A stretch of DNA of 64,000 bases from Catajapyx aquilonaris (Eukaryota): positions 1-64,000 of the forward strand of contig JYFJ02001410.1 in the NCBI GenBank assembly GCA_000934665.2, given 5' to 3'. Position 1 is the stretch's first letter; each line of letters begins with the position of its first letter. This document shows, in pieces, positions 52,301 to 64,000 of this stretch. The position numbers were made by a program, and so were the translations under genes. Under the pieces are notes generated by a model. The model saw only the letters and a program-made list of their open reading frames with translations, was not told where the DNA came from and ran no database searches.

Positions 52301-55300
52301 AATTGTTGAAGCCGACAAATAGACGTGAAAAATGATATGCATTTTTGGAGTGTAAATTAGAGTGCTTAATCTTACACGATGCAGTCTTTGAGCTGAAATG
52401 ATCTGAAGGCTATTAAGTGCTTTGGAAGCTGAATGAATTGCGGACTAACTGATGGAGGACAAAGTTATGGATCAGGCTGCATTTATGGGGTGCTACTGAT
52501 AACGAGATGAGTGTTTGATATAATTATCTGCTTTGCAAACATTCGGATGCAAAATGAACTGCGTGAGTCAACATACATCCGGACATTTATGGATCAGGGA
52601 CGTCCACCTATTTGGGAAGCTTTGTCATCAATCCTTCAGTTTCACCATTATGATATAGTGCACACATAATTAACTTTGTATGCCCCACCCTAAATAGATT
52701 TTCCGCAATGAACCCCTGAATCATACAAGATGCCTTATTATTGGAAAATGAGCCTTTCTTTTGACCCTAGTTCTGTTTCTTTGTCGGTTTTCTAAAATTT
52801 TCTTTTCTTTCTTCCCTTAGATGCCTTCCCCATGCCACAGTATGTTTTTTTTGTACTTCCCCTTCCTTGAACCTGATAATCCTCAAAGGTTGGCTGGCAG
52901 AATTCGGACTGACATTGACCAAAACTCTTTGTCATTATTCTACTTTACCTCAGTGTCCTTTCACAGCGAAGGAAATCAATCACATTCTTCGTGACACACA
53001 TAAAGAAATCATATTGAATTCTTATGGCAAACAGACCATCCAATCTCTGCATATACATTCACCTTTCATCTCGACCACAAAGACGAAGACAAAATTTGCG
53101 TAGGTCCGCCCTGTGGTTATTTTGTAACATCAGTGGATAGCATTTGATTTCACATTATCATAACCTAGGTAATGAATGGTGCACCTGTAAGCAGCTTATA
53201 ATCACGAGTTGGTTCGAATGTATCTCCCTGATGTATATATACATTTCAATAAGTGGCTGACCTGCAGCACACGCCATCCATAACTGCTCATATATAATCT
53301 CCTTAGGCATGAGTAGTCCGTACTTAAAAGACGTCGGGGAGCCGATTTCGCCTTTGCAGAGAGTCCTTGATGAGAGCCTGGGTCCCTTTATACCCCGGTC
53401 CTTTCACAGACCATTAAGGGTAGAAAGCGGCGCTATGAGGCGCCTCCAATGAGGGATTCACGCTGGCACGGCAGGCACAGACTCCTTGTAATTATTGTCG
53501 CCGTGGGACGGAATTACGCAGATTGGCGAGAGAGGGTGTTTCCGGGGGAGCCTTGCAGTTTCCACCGATGGTAAAAGGAACCTGGCCCCGTTATTCATCC
53601 GCCCTGGACCCACACATTTTCGAGGACATTAATGAAGGGTGTCTAATTCTGCATCAGAATATAGAATATTCAAGGGGAATTTTGGGCGAGGGTGGGACAG
53701 CATGTTATGTGCCTGGCGATCACTTATGCAAACGAGATGCCAAGTTGTCTAGTTGGGCGGCCCTGCTGCATTTTTAGTTCCCTCTACTAACTTTGCGGCC
53801 GTGTTCATCACTATTTTAAAAATATATTCGTCACATTGGGAATTAAGCCTCGGAGGAGGCTTCAGGCGCTGGCGCGGCACAGTCGAGGCCTAATTATGAA
53901 AACGGTTATTGCATTACATTAAGCTCCACGTACCTTGTAACACCTCAAAACTCAGCTGCAAACTCCAACGCATGGGAGATGCAAAGCAGTGACATACAAG
54001 GTGAGGTACAAAAAAAAAGGAGAGCCAGAGTTATTCTTATAGCTCATAATTATTTTAGTAGCTAGCTGGGATGTGCAAGCTGAATTTGTCATCGTCATAA
54101 TTAGGCCAATCTTAGACGTACATAATTCACATTAGGATAATATGTCGCTAAGATTTATATTAACCAGTTGCTCTTCGCATAAAACAAGATATGGAGCAAA
54201 GCAAACGTTACATCGCCATTGGTTCGTTTTGATGATGGACCGGATTCTCTCTTCGGAATAGTTGTTCTCGGTTTAAACTTTTTATCATTTTGAGATGAAA
54301 ACGGTTGCACGTATAGTCGTTCGCCAAGAGAGCATTGCTTTGGACCGGGGATCGATAGTCCTCTGACTTCCCCCCCCCCCCTTTCAAACTCTCGCTACTT
54401 GCTAATGGCGATGAAGAGAGTGGCATCGAGTTCTAATAAGGCGACATTCGTAAAAGAGAGAACACTGTACCAGAGCGGGGTGTGTACGCGTGTCGTGTAG
54501 CAATACCTTAATCTGTCAATGTCACTTTTTTCCTTCTTAACTTCTAATATTCAACTTGAATGCAGAATAACCTACTGCATTCCGTACCCCTGCTGGTCTT
54601 TTCTACAACTTGCTACTAAATTATCCTTGACCTTTCATGACTGTATGTAGGCTGCAGAGTATGTAGTCCGCATAATTTTGGATGCAAAAATGACCTAATG
54701 ATGCTTGTTTTCTACTTATTCAGAAATGCTTGTGGGTGAAGTTTCGCCTGATTGAGACTGATGTTGTCTTTACAAATAATGCAACCAAGCCGACATGTCC
54801 TTGTCTAATATGAATAATGTATGCGAACATGTTATTTAGACTCCTTTTATATAAAAAATAAGTGAAAAAAGTAATTAGAGGTTAATCACTCCATTTCCCA
54901 TTTGATTACAATTACGTGTGATTGCGCTTCATTAGACGCGTGTTAACGAGGGAAAGTGTACGCCTGATTACACGAGGGTGAAACTCGCGGTGAGGACTAT
55001 AACGCAAAAAGTGAACCCAGGTATTAGCACACTTTATACGTGGGTTGCGAGGTGACCCACGTTGTAACGAGGGCAGATATAAGGTGGTACAACTCAACTA
55101 ACACTCGCCTGCCGCAGACATACACGGACCATGGTGCACAACTGACCACTCGAATTTGTGTCGGTTTTGGTTGCTATTGCACAATATTAGCTTAACAACC
55201 AACATAAAGGAAGCTAATTTCGCAGCAGAAAAAAGGGGCCGTGTGTTCGAGTGACGAAACAAATAAAGCAAAACAAATTACCCTCGTCGATAGTGACATC

Positions 55301-58300
55301 AACCTAAATCATGTTAGACCCTTAGAGCTGAGCTATAAACCACGCCTTCTTTTTATACTATAAATCTGAAGCCAAAATCTGCGAGGCATAAATTAGCGAT
55401 CTCAATCAAGCTGCATTTTTTTTTGGCCAGGCTTGCTGCATTGCCTGAGGGATAACCGATAACTACGATGCCCCTAAATTACAAAATGAACGAGTCCAAA
55501 CTGTCAGGTTCACTCAAAAGGCCTTCTTATCTATCTCATGGAAACGAGCCTTGCAAACCGTGGAGTGTTAATGAAGTAGCGAATTTTAATTACTAAGCAA
55601 AAATGTTGCAGGTGTTGATTTGTACTTGTTGGCAGTGTATGTGAACTCCACACGTGCACTTAGAGGAAGTAAGTTAATTTCCTTCATATACCTGGAAGGA
55701 AGCAGATGGTAATGGCATCCTCCCAAGGAGCCAACGCACCGTGAATAAACCGACTGCTGTTCTGTCTTCCGGCTTGTTAAAGGCCTATGCGGCTAGGACG
55801 TAAATCCCGTTTGCTAATGAGCCAACAGATCGGATTTTCACAGTGGCCTACTATGTCAGGGTAGCTCAGGTGTCTTTTGTTTGTATCTCCGTAGAGGCGG
55901 AACACTACAGTTACTATAGGGTCTGCGTGCATTCGCACCTTCTGGCCCACTGGCACTGATTCGATTGGAGTCACGTGGGACGGATCATTTTAAAATAAAA
56001 TATTAATAATGGTCGACGCGTCGTTGTTGCTGTAAAATGAGGATTCTCTCATTTATATTTTGTGCATTTTCGCGTACAATTTGCAAGCTGCTTTATAGTC
56101 GTTTATAGTAGTAGGCGGCCTGCAGTGATGTGCGCAATGCCGTCGTACATGGTACTGGGCTTGTACATGCGGGACAAACAAATCATTGTGAAAGGCCCCT
56201 GTGAGGCATCTCTTCTATGATACGCTGCAATCTATTTGCATCCGGAAGTTGCGTCTCCTCGGATGAAGCAGCCAAGCACATCCAACCGGCCTACTTTACT
56301 CTCAAACAGCATAGTAATAAGGCTGAGTAAACATGGAATCGTCCAGTTTTCTCTGAATGCCTGTTGAAACTGCTATCCCCCATCACGGAATGGAATATTA
56401 GATTCCATTTTCATCCCTCGAAGCAAGCCTTACTTTGTTATACTCACCGAAAATGATGACGATAAAGAAAAAATATTACCTGCTTGTTTGTAGTACATAT
56501 TGTGACAATTGATGCAATAATTGTTATTATTTTGCAGCATACTGTGCCTTCAGCGTTGTTGCTTCACGGAATGCAATGTTACGCAATTCAGTAATGTAGT
56601 TTTCTACAGTATTCGACGCAGGGATACTGTATGGTGTGTCCGGGCTTCTAAAGTAATGCATGGAGCCATAAACATAAAAAGTCTGCCCGGGCAAACCTGT
56701 ATAATTCAACAGGTTACCAACTGCTACAGCGCCATAACCTTGTTATTTTTAGGTGCCGATATGTTTAAAGTGGTTTGCTACCAAACTTCAGTAATAAATC
56801 GATTATTATCTCTGTTATCCGGTGCAGTCTTTAACATTTTCACACCGCTCTTGAGCGATACATTCGAAACTAATTTTCCAGACAAAAAGCAAGAACGCAG
56901 CAGGACCAGGGAAGGAAGTTCCTGCTGTCAAGTGTTGAAAAGAAACAAGAAAGCAATCGGGAAGTGTTGCACTGGGCAAAAACCCCCCGTTGCTTTTCCT
57001 CCAATTACATTCTTTTCTGTTGGGAATAAGAAAGGAGGAATGGTGGAGTGGGTGATGTCTGGCCGAGGAGCGGGAATAAGAAAAATCCGCATCTTTGACC
57101 ATCCGGAGGAAATTGCTTCCCAGATGGAATTTGTTGTTGGGGAGACTTCTCTGGTGCAATTCTGCGTTTAAAGGAGGTGGCCGTAGATCCTGGTGGCAAT
57201 TCCCCCTTCCTTTTGTGTGTCAATTCGGTGGGAATGGCGGACAAAGTGTCAGATCGGAGGACCCTTCCATCTATATATAAAGAAAACCCCTCTTTTAAAA
57301 TGAGATGGTTTGCCCCTGGAGGAAAAGTGGGTCTGACTTTTATTCTGGGGTTCTTCCAATCCTGCAAAGTTTTTCAGGACGATTCGGCACAATTTATCGT
57401 CCGTATTATTACGAGCGATTTGCTCCGTTACTTGAGCCGAATTAAACACGTGGCATTTGGCTAATCCATTGTTTCTTGCACAGTGAGTAGGACTATAAGG
57501 GATGATGGAGATGGGCTACTATTACGAAATTGAGACAATTACACGGGGCTAGGGGGCTAGTTGGCAAAAAATTACGTGCGTGGCTTTCTTGAGTGCTGCA
57601 CTTCTGAGAGGGAAAAGACCCCATTTAGGAGCTCTCAAAGACGTTATTAGGAAAGACGAAGGTTTAAATGGGATCAAATGGTAAGCTGTTTTTAGTAAGA
57701 TTTTGCAGATGTACTAGTGGGCTATGTATCACCCTGTGTATAGTGTACTGCCCCAATTGCATGTTTATCTTCTCTGACAGAAATCATAGCCGCCTGCATT
57801 TGTTACATTTCTGTGGCTGGAATACAAATCATCAGCTCATTTCTAACGTACGAGAAACAAACAGAGGGATGGTGAATGGGTAAGATTTTGACCCTGCTAA
57901 GTTTGTAAGTAGGTCGGGGCCTTGCTGTTTCACTTGGGTTTGTTTTTCCACATCTTGGCTTGTCGTCTAAACCATTCGTAGTACTGAATAATTTACAATC
58001 TCGCAAGAAATACTGCAGGATTCAGTATTTTATGGATTTAGAAATTAAACCGAGGTCCCTGCGAGATTTTGGAATCCGCATCTGTTGCAGTTGGAGAGTT
58101 CAAAATTGAGATGTAAAATGGTATCGTGTGCACATAAAGATGTACAAACCTTGATTAGGATTTTCAGGCAGTTAAGGATCAGGAGATAATGGGATATATA
58201 CTGTATGTTTTCTCGGTCACTGTGGGAATTTAAAATGACATCGTGGTAATGAAAATTATCCTATTTTCCCCATCTCGCTGGACACTTCACGAGCGAGGAA

Positions 58301-61122
58301 GTATATTGCTCCCTGCTGAACAATATCGCTTGACAGTTCAATGTGTAAATCCTTGCTGCAGGTGAGGGAGGGAATTTTTGCACCGAATGTGTGGGTTAAT
58401 ATGCTAATAATAATCACCGATGATAACAATCACATTCGTTATTTTTGGAATGGTACTACATGCAATAGAAATTATCGCAGAAGTAGGCCAAAAAAGTATC
58501 TACCCTGATCAAGATTCTGCAAAAAAAAGTTTCATTTCGAAGTTTTCTGGAATATTACGATCATTTTATGGAGCTGAGCTACAACTTTTAACGAAATCAA
58601 GAAAGTGTTGAGGATGTGCAAGGGATTCTGAAGACTATATATTGAAGAAGCGATAGTCTATAATTGACAGCATGGGCGCTCTACATATAGGCTCCAATAA
58701 ATTATGCTTACGATGACGTGCTGAAAAGATTAATTTTCCAATTAGTATCTTTATCATTTATTGCAGTCTCTTGGATAGGAAAATGGCATTATAACTTAAT
58801 CATTTATTATGAATATTTTTGCACAAATAATGCACCGGAATACCAACTGAATTCGTACTTCAGGATGTTGAACGGATCTATTATTTCTTTTTCAAATCAA
58901 ACGCATTAAATTATGTTTCGTTGCATGTTTTAATAGTGTACTGCGGAATTGAGGAAGGGAAAGTATTAGGGCAGTAAAAAAATCTACTTTCAAAAGATGT
59001 GAAAAGCACGCAATGTTGTGTTAAGAACGATGTTACAATATTTCATAGCACTCAGGTAGATTAAGTTGACAATAACCAAAGTGAGGCGAAACACGCATAG
59101 CTTTTGTACAAAAAATTACGAATGCAATATGGATCAGCTCCATTGAAATTTATTAAAATCCCCTCCATTTGCGTGGCAGTTTAAATCCCTGGCTAACCAC
59201 AAAATCATTGCTAACGAAGCACACGTCTAAAATTGTCACCCGTTGTCATCTGTTGCATACACATTATTACCAAATCCGCTATTGATTACTAAATACCGGT
59301 ACAAATAGTACATATATGAAATGACAGGGTACAATGTACATGTGGCATACTTTATGTCCATTGCAATTATAATTAATTTATATATAAATGACAATTAAAT
59401 TGTACACAGGAGAAGCGTGAAATTGTATATAGCATCAGTTTGGATATGACGAGTGAGTCATTACACTGCATTTGTGCCACTGCTCATTTTGAAATAATTG
59501 TCTTTAGGAGGAAAGATGGATGGCTAATGTTGCAGTTAAAAAACTACAGCTTAAAACGTTGGCTACTAAAGTGCATGAATTAAAGATGACGTGCAAAAAA
59601 AAACAATAATTTCTGAGCAGGAAGATAAATGCCCCGCAGTGCTGCAGATTATACTAATTGCGGTTTAATCTCCTCCCCGGTTGGTATCATCCTTTGCACT
59701 GGGTATATTCTCGGTGTCAGACTAGGTGGAAAACGGAAGTTTGCGAAATATTCGCGAAACACTGCCTCAAGTGCGCAGTAGTATTTTTACGCTAGGCTCA
59801 TAGTTGATTCAGTGGTCTCCAAAATAATACAGCGTGATTCAGCAAGGTTTATGCTAATAAGCGGCCTTATTTAGCATAAAATACCTGATTATTTCATAAC
59901 CATTTGAAGACAAATATTTTGGTTTGATAATATTAACACGCACATTTGCGTGGTTATAATTTATGAATCCTCACTCATGTAATTACAGCATCCGACTGTT
60001 GACATTAATTTGGCTACAAACATGAATATTGATCCTAAATAGTGCTGCCCCCTTTTTACATGTTGGCAAATGTGTTGCCCTTCATGTACATTCTAATTAA
60101 GGAGGTCGCGAGTGTCACCATAAAGGGTTGAACTCCATTTGGTACATCTACAGTACAGGGACAGCAGACATTTGGTCCGCACAACTGCCGCCGCCCAAAT
60201 GACTTTGTCGCAGTAATTCCCAATTTCCGCACTCGATTTCCTACTTGAGCGTCGCCTTCCGACCCCCTTTTCCCCCCACCAACTCATCCATGTTTTTGTT
60301 CATTGACTACCCAACAGTCAGCCAGTGAATTAGTGTCGGCGGGTGCGCAGGGTCGAGTATAATTAATATGTTATGGCAGCATGCTATAGGATTCCGCGTG
60401 GGGACCAGGGAAGCTGATGAGCTTTCATTCAAGAGGACCTTCATTTGATAATCAATTATGCAGCAGGAATGATGTGAAACCGGGTGATTCCAAAACGGGT
60501 CTGACCACCCCAAAAGAGAGGATCGGGTTCTAAGGACGTGCTTGGTGGAAGAAGCACGTGGACCTGAGGAGAAACACGAGTCTTCTGGAGGAGGCATGGA
60601 CTTCTGATGGTGCTGGCAAGTACATATAAGGCCCTTTCCTTTCACACTCCGTTGGATCTGCACTCTTGCTGACTTAATTGGATTTTGCAGAGGAAAGTCC
60701 GGCAGTACAAGGGCCGGCAGAAAGGAATCGGAAAAGACAAGGGGAAGCGGGTTTGGGCCTTTTATCACGACCCAATTATCGCCTGGATCCGATGGAAGTG
60801 TAGACGCATGCTATTTCCACTTGGAGGTCTGATGGAGAAAAATACGGATGAAACGATTCGTTTTTGAACGCCTTTCTTTTAATGCATTTCTATTAGTAAT
60901 AAGTGAACCCGTTGCCAAAATTTGGCAAAACCTATATAATCAGCTATGATAGTGACAATCACTTTAATGAGACGGACTGTCGATTTACCATGTAGTTCTA
61001 TTCGTCACGCATAGATGGCGCAAACACCCTCTACATATTCCTGCCACCTTCAGGTCGATAGCGATACTATCAGGTCGGACAAACATCCGACTGACTGTGA
61101 GAGAATAAGCATATTAGGTGAA

Positions 61123-61127
<5 letters not shown>

Positions 61128-61155
<28 letters not shown>
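61128..61155 (+). repeat. (GAT)n microsatellite
   Basis: About 9 perfect GAT units. Confidence 0.9.
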
Positions 61156-61156
<1 letters not shown>

Positions 61157-64000
61157 AAGTCAAAAATATTGTGTAAATCCTAGAAGGACAGTTACGTAAG
61201 GGCCATAAGTACGTGAGCATATTTCATGAAATCTTCCTACTCTCTTTGTTACTTTTGCCTCACTTGTTGAATAATTGAAAAGACGGACTTATTTACAGTC
61301 TAGAGAGCATGTCTAGTTTCCCACGTTTAAAAGTAGGGCCCGCAAAGTAAATAATGCAAGTCCAATTTAAATCCACACCTTTGTCCGCCCAAAACGTCGA
61401 GGCGCCATCGCCTCCTCGTCGTTTCTGGTCCGACGGAAACTTCTTTTCATTCGATTGCGTCTGCTTCGTGCTGTAAAAAGGTGTTTGTTTGGCTGACTTC
61501 CAGCAAAGCATGGTGGCGCATGAACCCGGACTAAACACGAGAGAGAAAAAAGAATGCCCATGAGAACGATGCTTACCTATTTACGCGGAGGGGAAGTCAA
61601 GAAATGCAGCGCAACGTAGGTAGATGCTGTAAATTCATTGTGTGCGGTTTTATCCAGTCCTCTTCTCGTGGGCTTGAAATGCATAATTCAGTAATTCAGC
61701 TTGAGTTATTTAGGGAACCTGCAGTTTAGAGAAGTCATACTTGCATACTGCTCAGAAACAGCTCAGTTGTGTATTAGCGTGAATAAAAATGCATCAGTCT
61801 ACGACGTGATTACGAAAGCAGTTCATATGTAACTAAATTTTCACTATCATTGTTGTGGGAGGAAATTTGGCCTACTACACTATTCACAGTGTAAAATGAA
61901 AACTGTCAATTGAAGTGTTGAATGAGAAAGGTTTCAAAAAGAGACGAATATAAGCACTGTATTTGTATCATCCGCATAGTTAACCTGATTAGATACATCG
62001 TACATTTAATCCTTGTGCCTCTTCACACACTGGAGAGAAATGGAAATGGGAATAGAGACTGGGGGCAGTGTAAGTTGACATATGCGAGAAATTATCAGAA
62101 TTTCCATGCAAAATATACCTCGAGTGTATGTAAGCAGCATGTGAGTTATACAATACAAAAATTCACTTTCCTCTCCTACTTTTCAGTTCTCAGCTGGCGT
62201 GAAAACAAGAGGACCTGCATCGTGCGAGAATGGCGCTTTTACCGGGCCTTTACATATCTTGAAAATGATGAGGTAAGAGTGTGCATTGTTTAATGCCATA
62301 AAATAGAAGCTGGCCGATCATAATTATCAAATGACAAGCAGGATAAACTGTGTACATAAAATATGTACATGCCTCTACATTACATGGATGTGATCTTTAC
62401 ACAACTCAAAGCTCCTGCACTGGAGAACTACAGCATACACTGTACAGTGCATTAAAATAATGTAAATTGTGCAAGTAAATTATATCCTTCTAGTGACAGG
62501 GTATACTGCCACCTACAAATCTGATTGTGAGAGAATTAAGCGAATGAGTAGTGTTATCTTCACATACTCTCATAACGGTTAGGTGGTTTCCTTCCAAAAG
62601 GAAATACCGCAATTTACACATACATAAGAATGTTTTTATTCCATGCAGACTCATTTCTGCAGTAAAATAATATTACAGTAGCCACAAATTGAATAGGAAA
62701 GAGGTATACAGTCCATCAACTGTAATGCCGCCCTGTCTATCATTCCTACATTTAGTAGGATCAAGCTGAAATAATTTGCTATTTGATGTACAACAAGTCT
62801 ATTCACTAATTAGAGAGGTAATCATCATGTGTGTTTGAATACGGAACAAAAATTTAAAGATGGTTGTTCTAAAATGATATTAGTTGCGGCTGTTGCTCTT
62901 ATCTTAACTGACACACACACAGATGGAAAAATTCAGCCCTAAGTTTTCTGTGGTTAGTTTAATTGATAAGTTTGCATTTTACTACACGTCAGCTCTGCAG
63001 GATTTGCAATCCGAAAGAAAAATCCAAACGAGTCCGCTCGGCTAGGTCTGCAGCAGATAAAGTGAAAGTTTGGCCAACAACCCACGCACCAACTTCATTC
63101 GAGCCTTTTTCCATCCATATTACGTATGCAGAGATTTGTCCCACGGGGAGAAATATGACCGGAGGAAGGAAGGGAAAAAGAACCTTCCTTCGAACTCTCA
63201 ATGCAAGCGACTCTGCACATCGGGGGGGACAGCCTGGGAAGAAAAACCAGTCGGTGGAAAACGCGGAGACTGAACTTGTTGTTACCAAAGTATGACAGTC
63301 GTGAGGTTCAGGCAATTTTGCATTTCATTCCGGGAGTCCCAAACAACTACCCCCGGCGCAAAGCGTGAAATAATCGCTGGTATGGAAAGAAACAGCGGAA
63401 AAGCCCTGCCCGGAGTTGCAGGGTAGTGAAAAGAGAGTGCTTCCGAGCTTTCAATCATTCTGACAGGTCCTGCGAGCCTGTGTAATGGGCATATACGCAT
63501 TGCTATGCAGTTAGACTGGTGCCGAAGGGGCGATATCCACAAGGTGACACCCATTTTCGTGATGTGCTATATGAACTTCGTGCTGGTTTATCTCCATGCG
63601 AGTTGTCCCTTTTGGGATGGCCCCGTACGTGATTACACGCCTCAGTCTGATTCTACCTTGATCCAACTCAATTTAGTGCTAACTTAATAACGTGCTTAAA
63701 CACACAAGAGTGTGAAAGTAGTCTGGGTGCGTGCCGAGGTCGCGTGTTCCCCCAGGAGGTCAGTTCATTTTTGGCGGAGGACAGCTCGAGAGTCACTCTG
63801 TAATTCACAAAGGAGTGGGATGGGTTATTCATACAGGTCACTTAAGGCTGGCATAATTTTTCAGCGGATATGACAGTTCAATCCGGGGCATGGAGGCGAA
63901 GCAGTCTATAAATTATCCTGTCCTCAGACGGACACAAAAGGAAGACTCATTGGTCACACGGCTAGTATCCCACGGGAGATGTTGACAAATGGAAACTAAA

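Noticed and set aside
56521..57464. 216-aa ORF and overlapping ORFs
   Set aside because: Non-ATG start, no recognisable domain, composition typical of non-coding DNA, and no splice support.
59848..59880. Small hairpin TTTATGCTAATAAG-cggc-CTTATTTAGCATAAA
   Set aside because: Short and AT-rich, compatible with chance, and with no functional context.

Overview
This is eukaryotic DNA, most likely from an arthropod or other protostome, with GT-AG introns that are mostly short (about 55-450 nt). The first ~50 kb is gene-dense. In order it holds the 3' half of Nipped-B/NIPBL (+), RtcB (+), Atg101 (-), two identical tandem 5S rRNA genes (+), a RabX1/RAB29-type Rab (-), ABTB1 (+), G-protein alpha-i (-), a DNAJB9/ERdj4-type ER J-protein (-), and two tandem, strongly diverged Artemis (DCLRE1C)-like nucleases (+) with a Tc1/mariner relic between them. 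These are followed by a 1056-bp Sola-like element (34-bp TIRs, AAAT target-site duplication), an SSUH2 homologue (-) with several candidate alternative first exons spread over ~11 kb, and TMA7 (-). The last ~14 kb has no recognisable coding sequence. The most interesting observations are the Artemis paralogue pair (both keep the metal ligands but differ in tail, intron number and one conserved Glu), the dispersed variant 5S pair, the SSUH2 alternative N-termini, and several hairpin/MITE-like structures. All exon boundaries were read by eye from splice signals and frame continuity, and family calls come from recalled motifs, not database searches. I cannot claim a wholly new biological system from the sequence alone.
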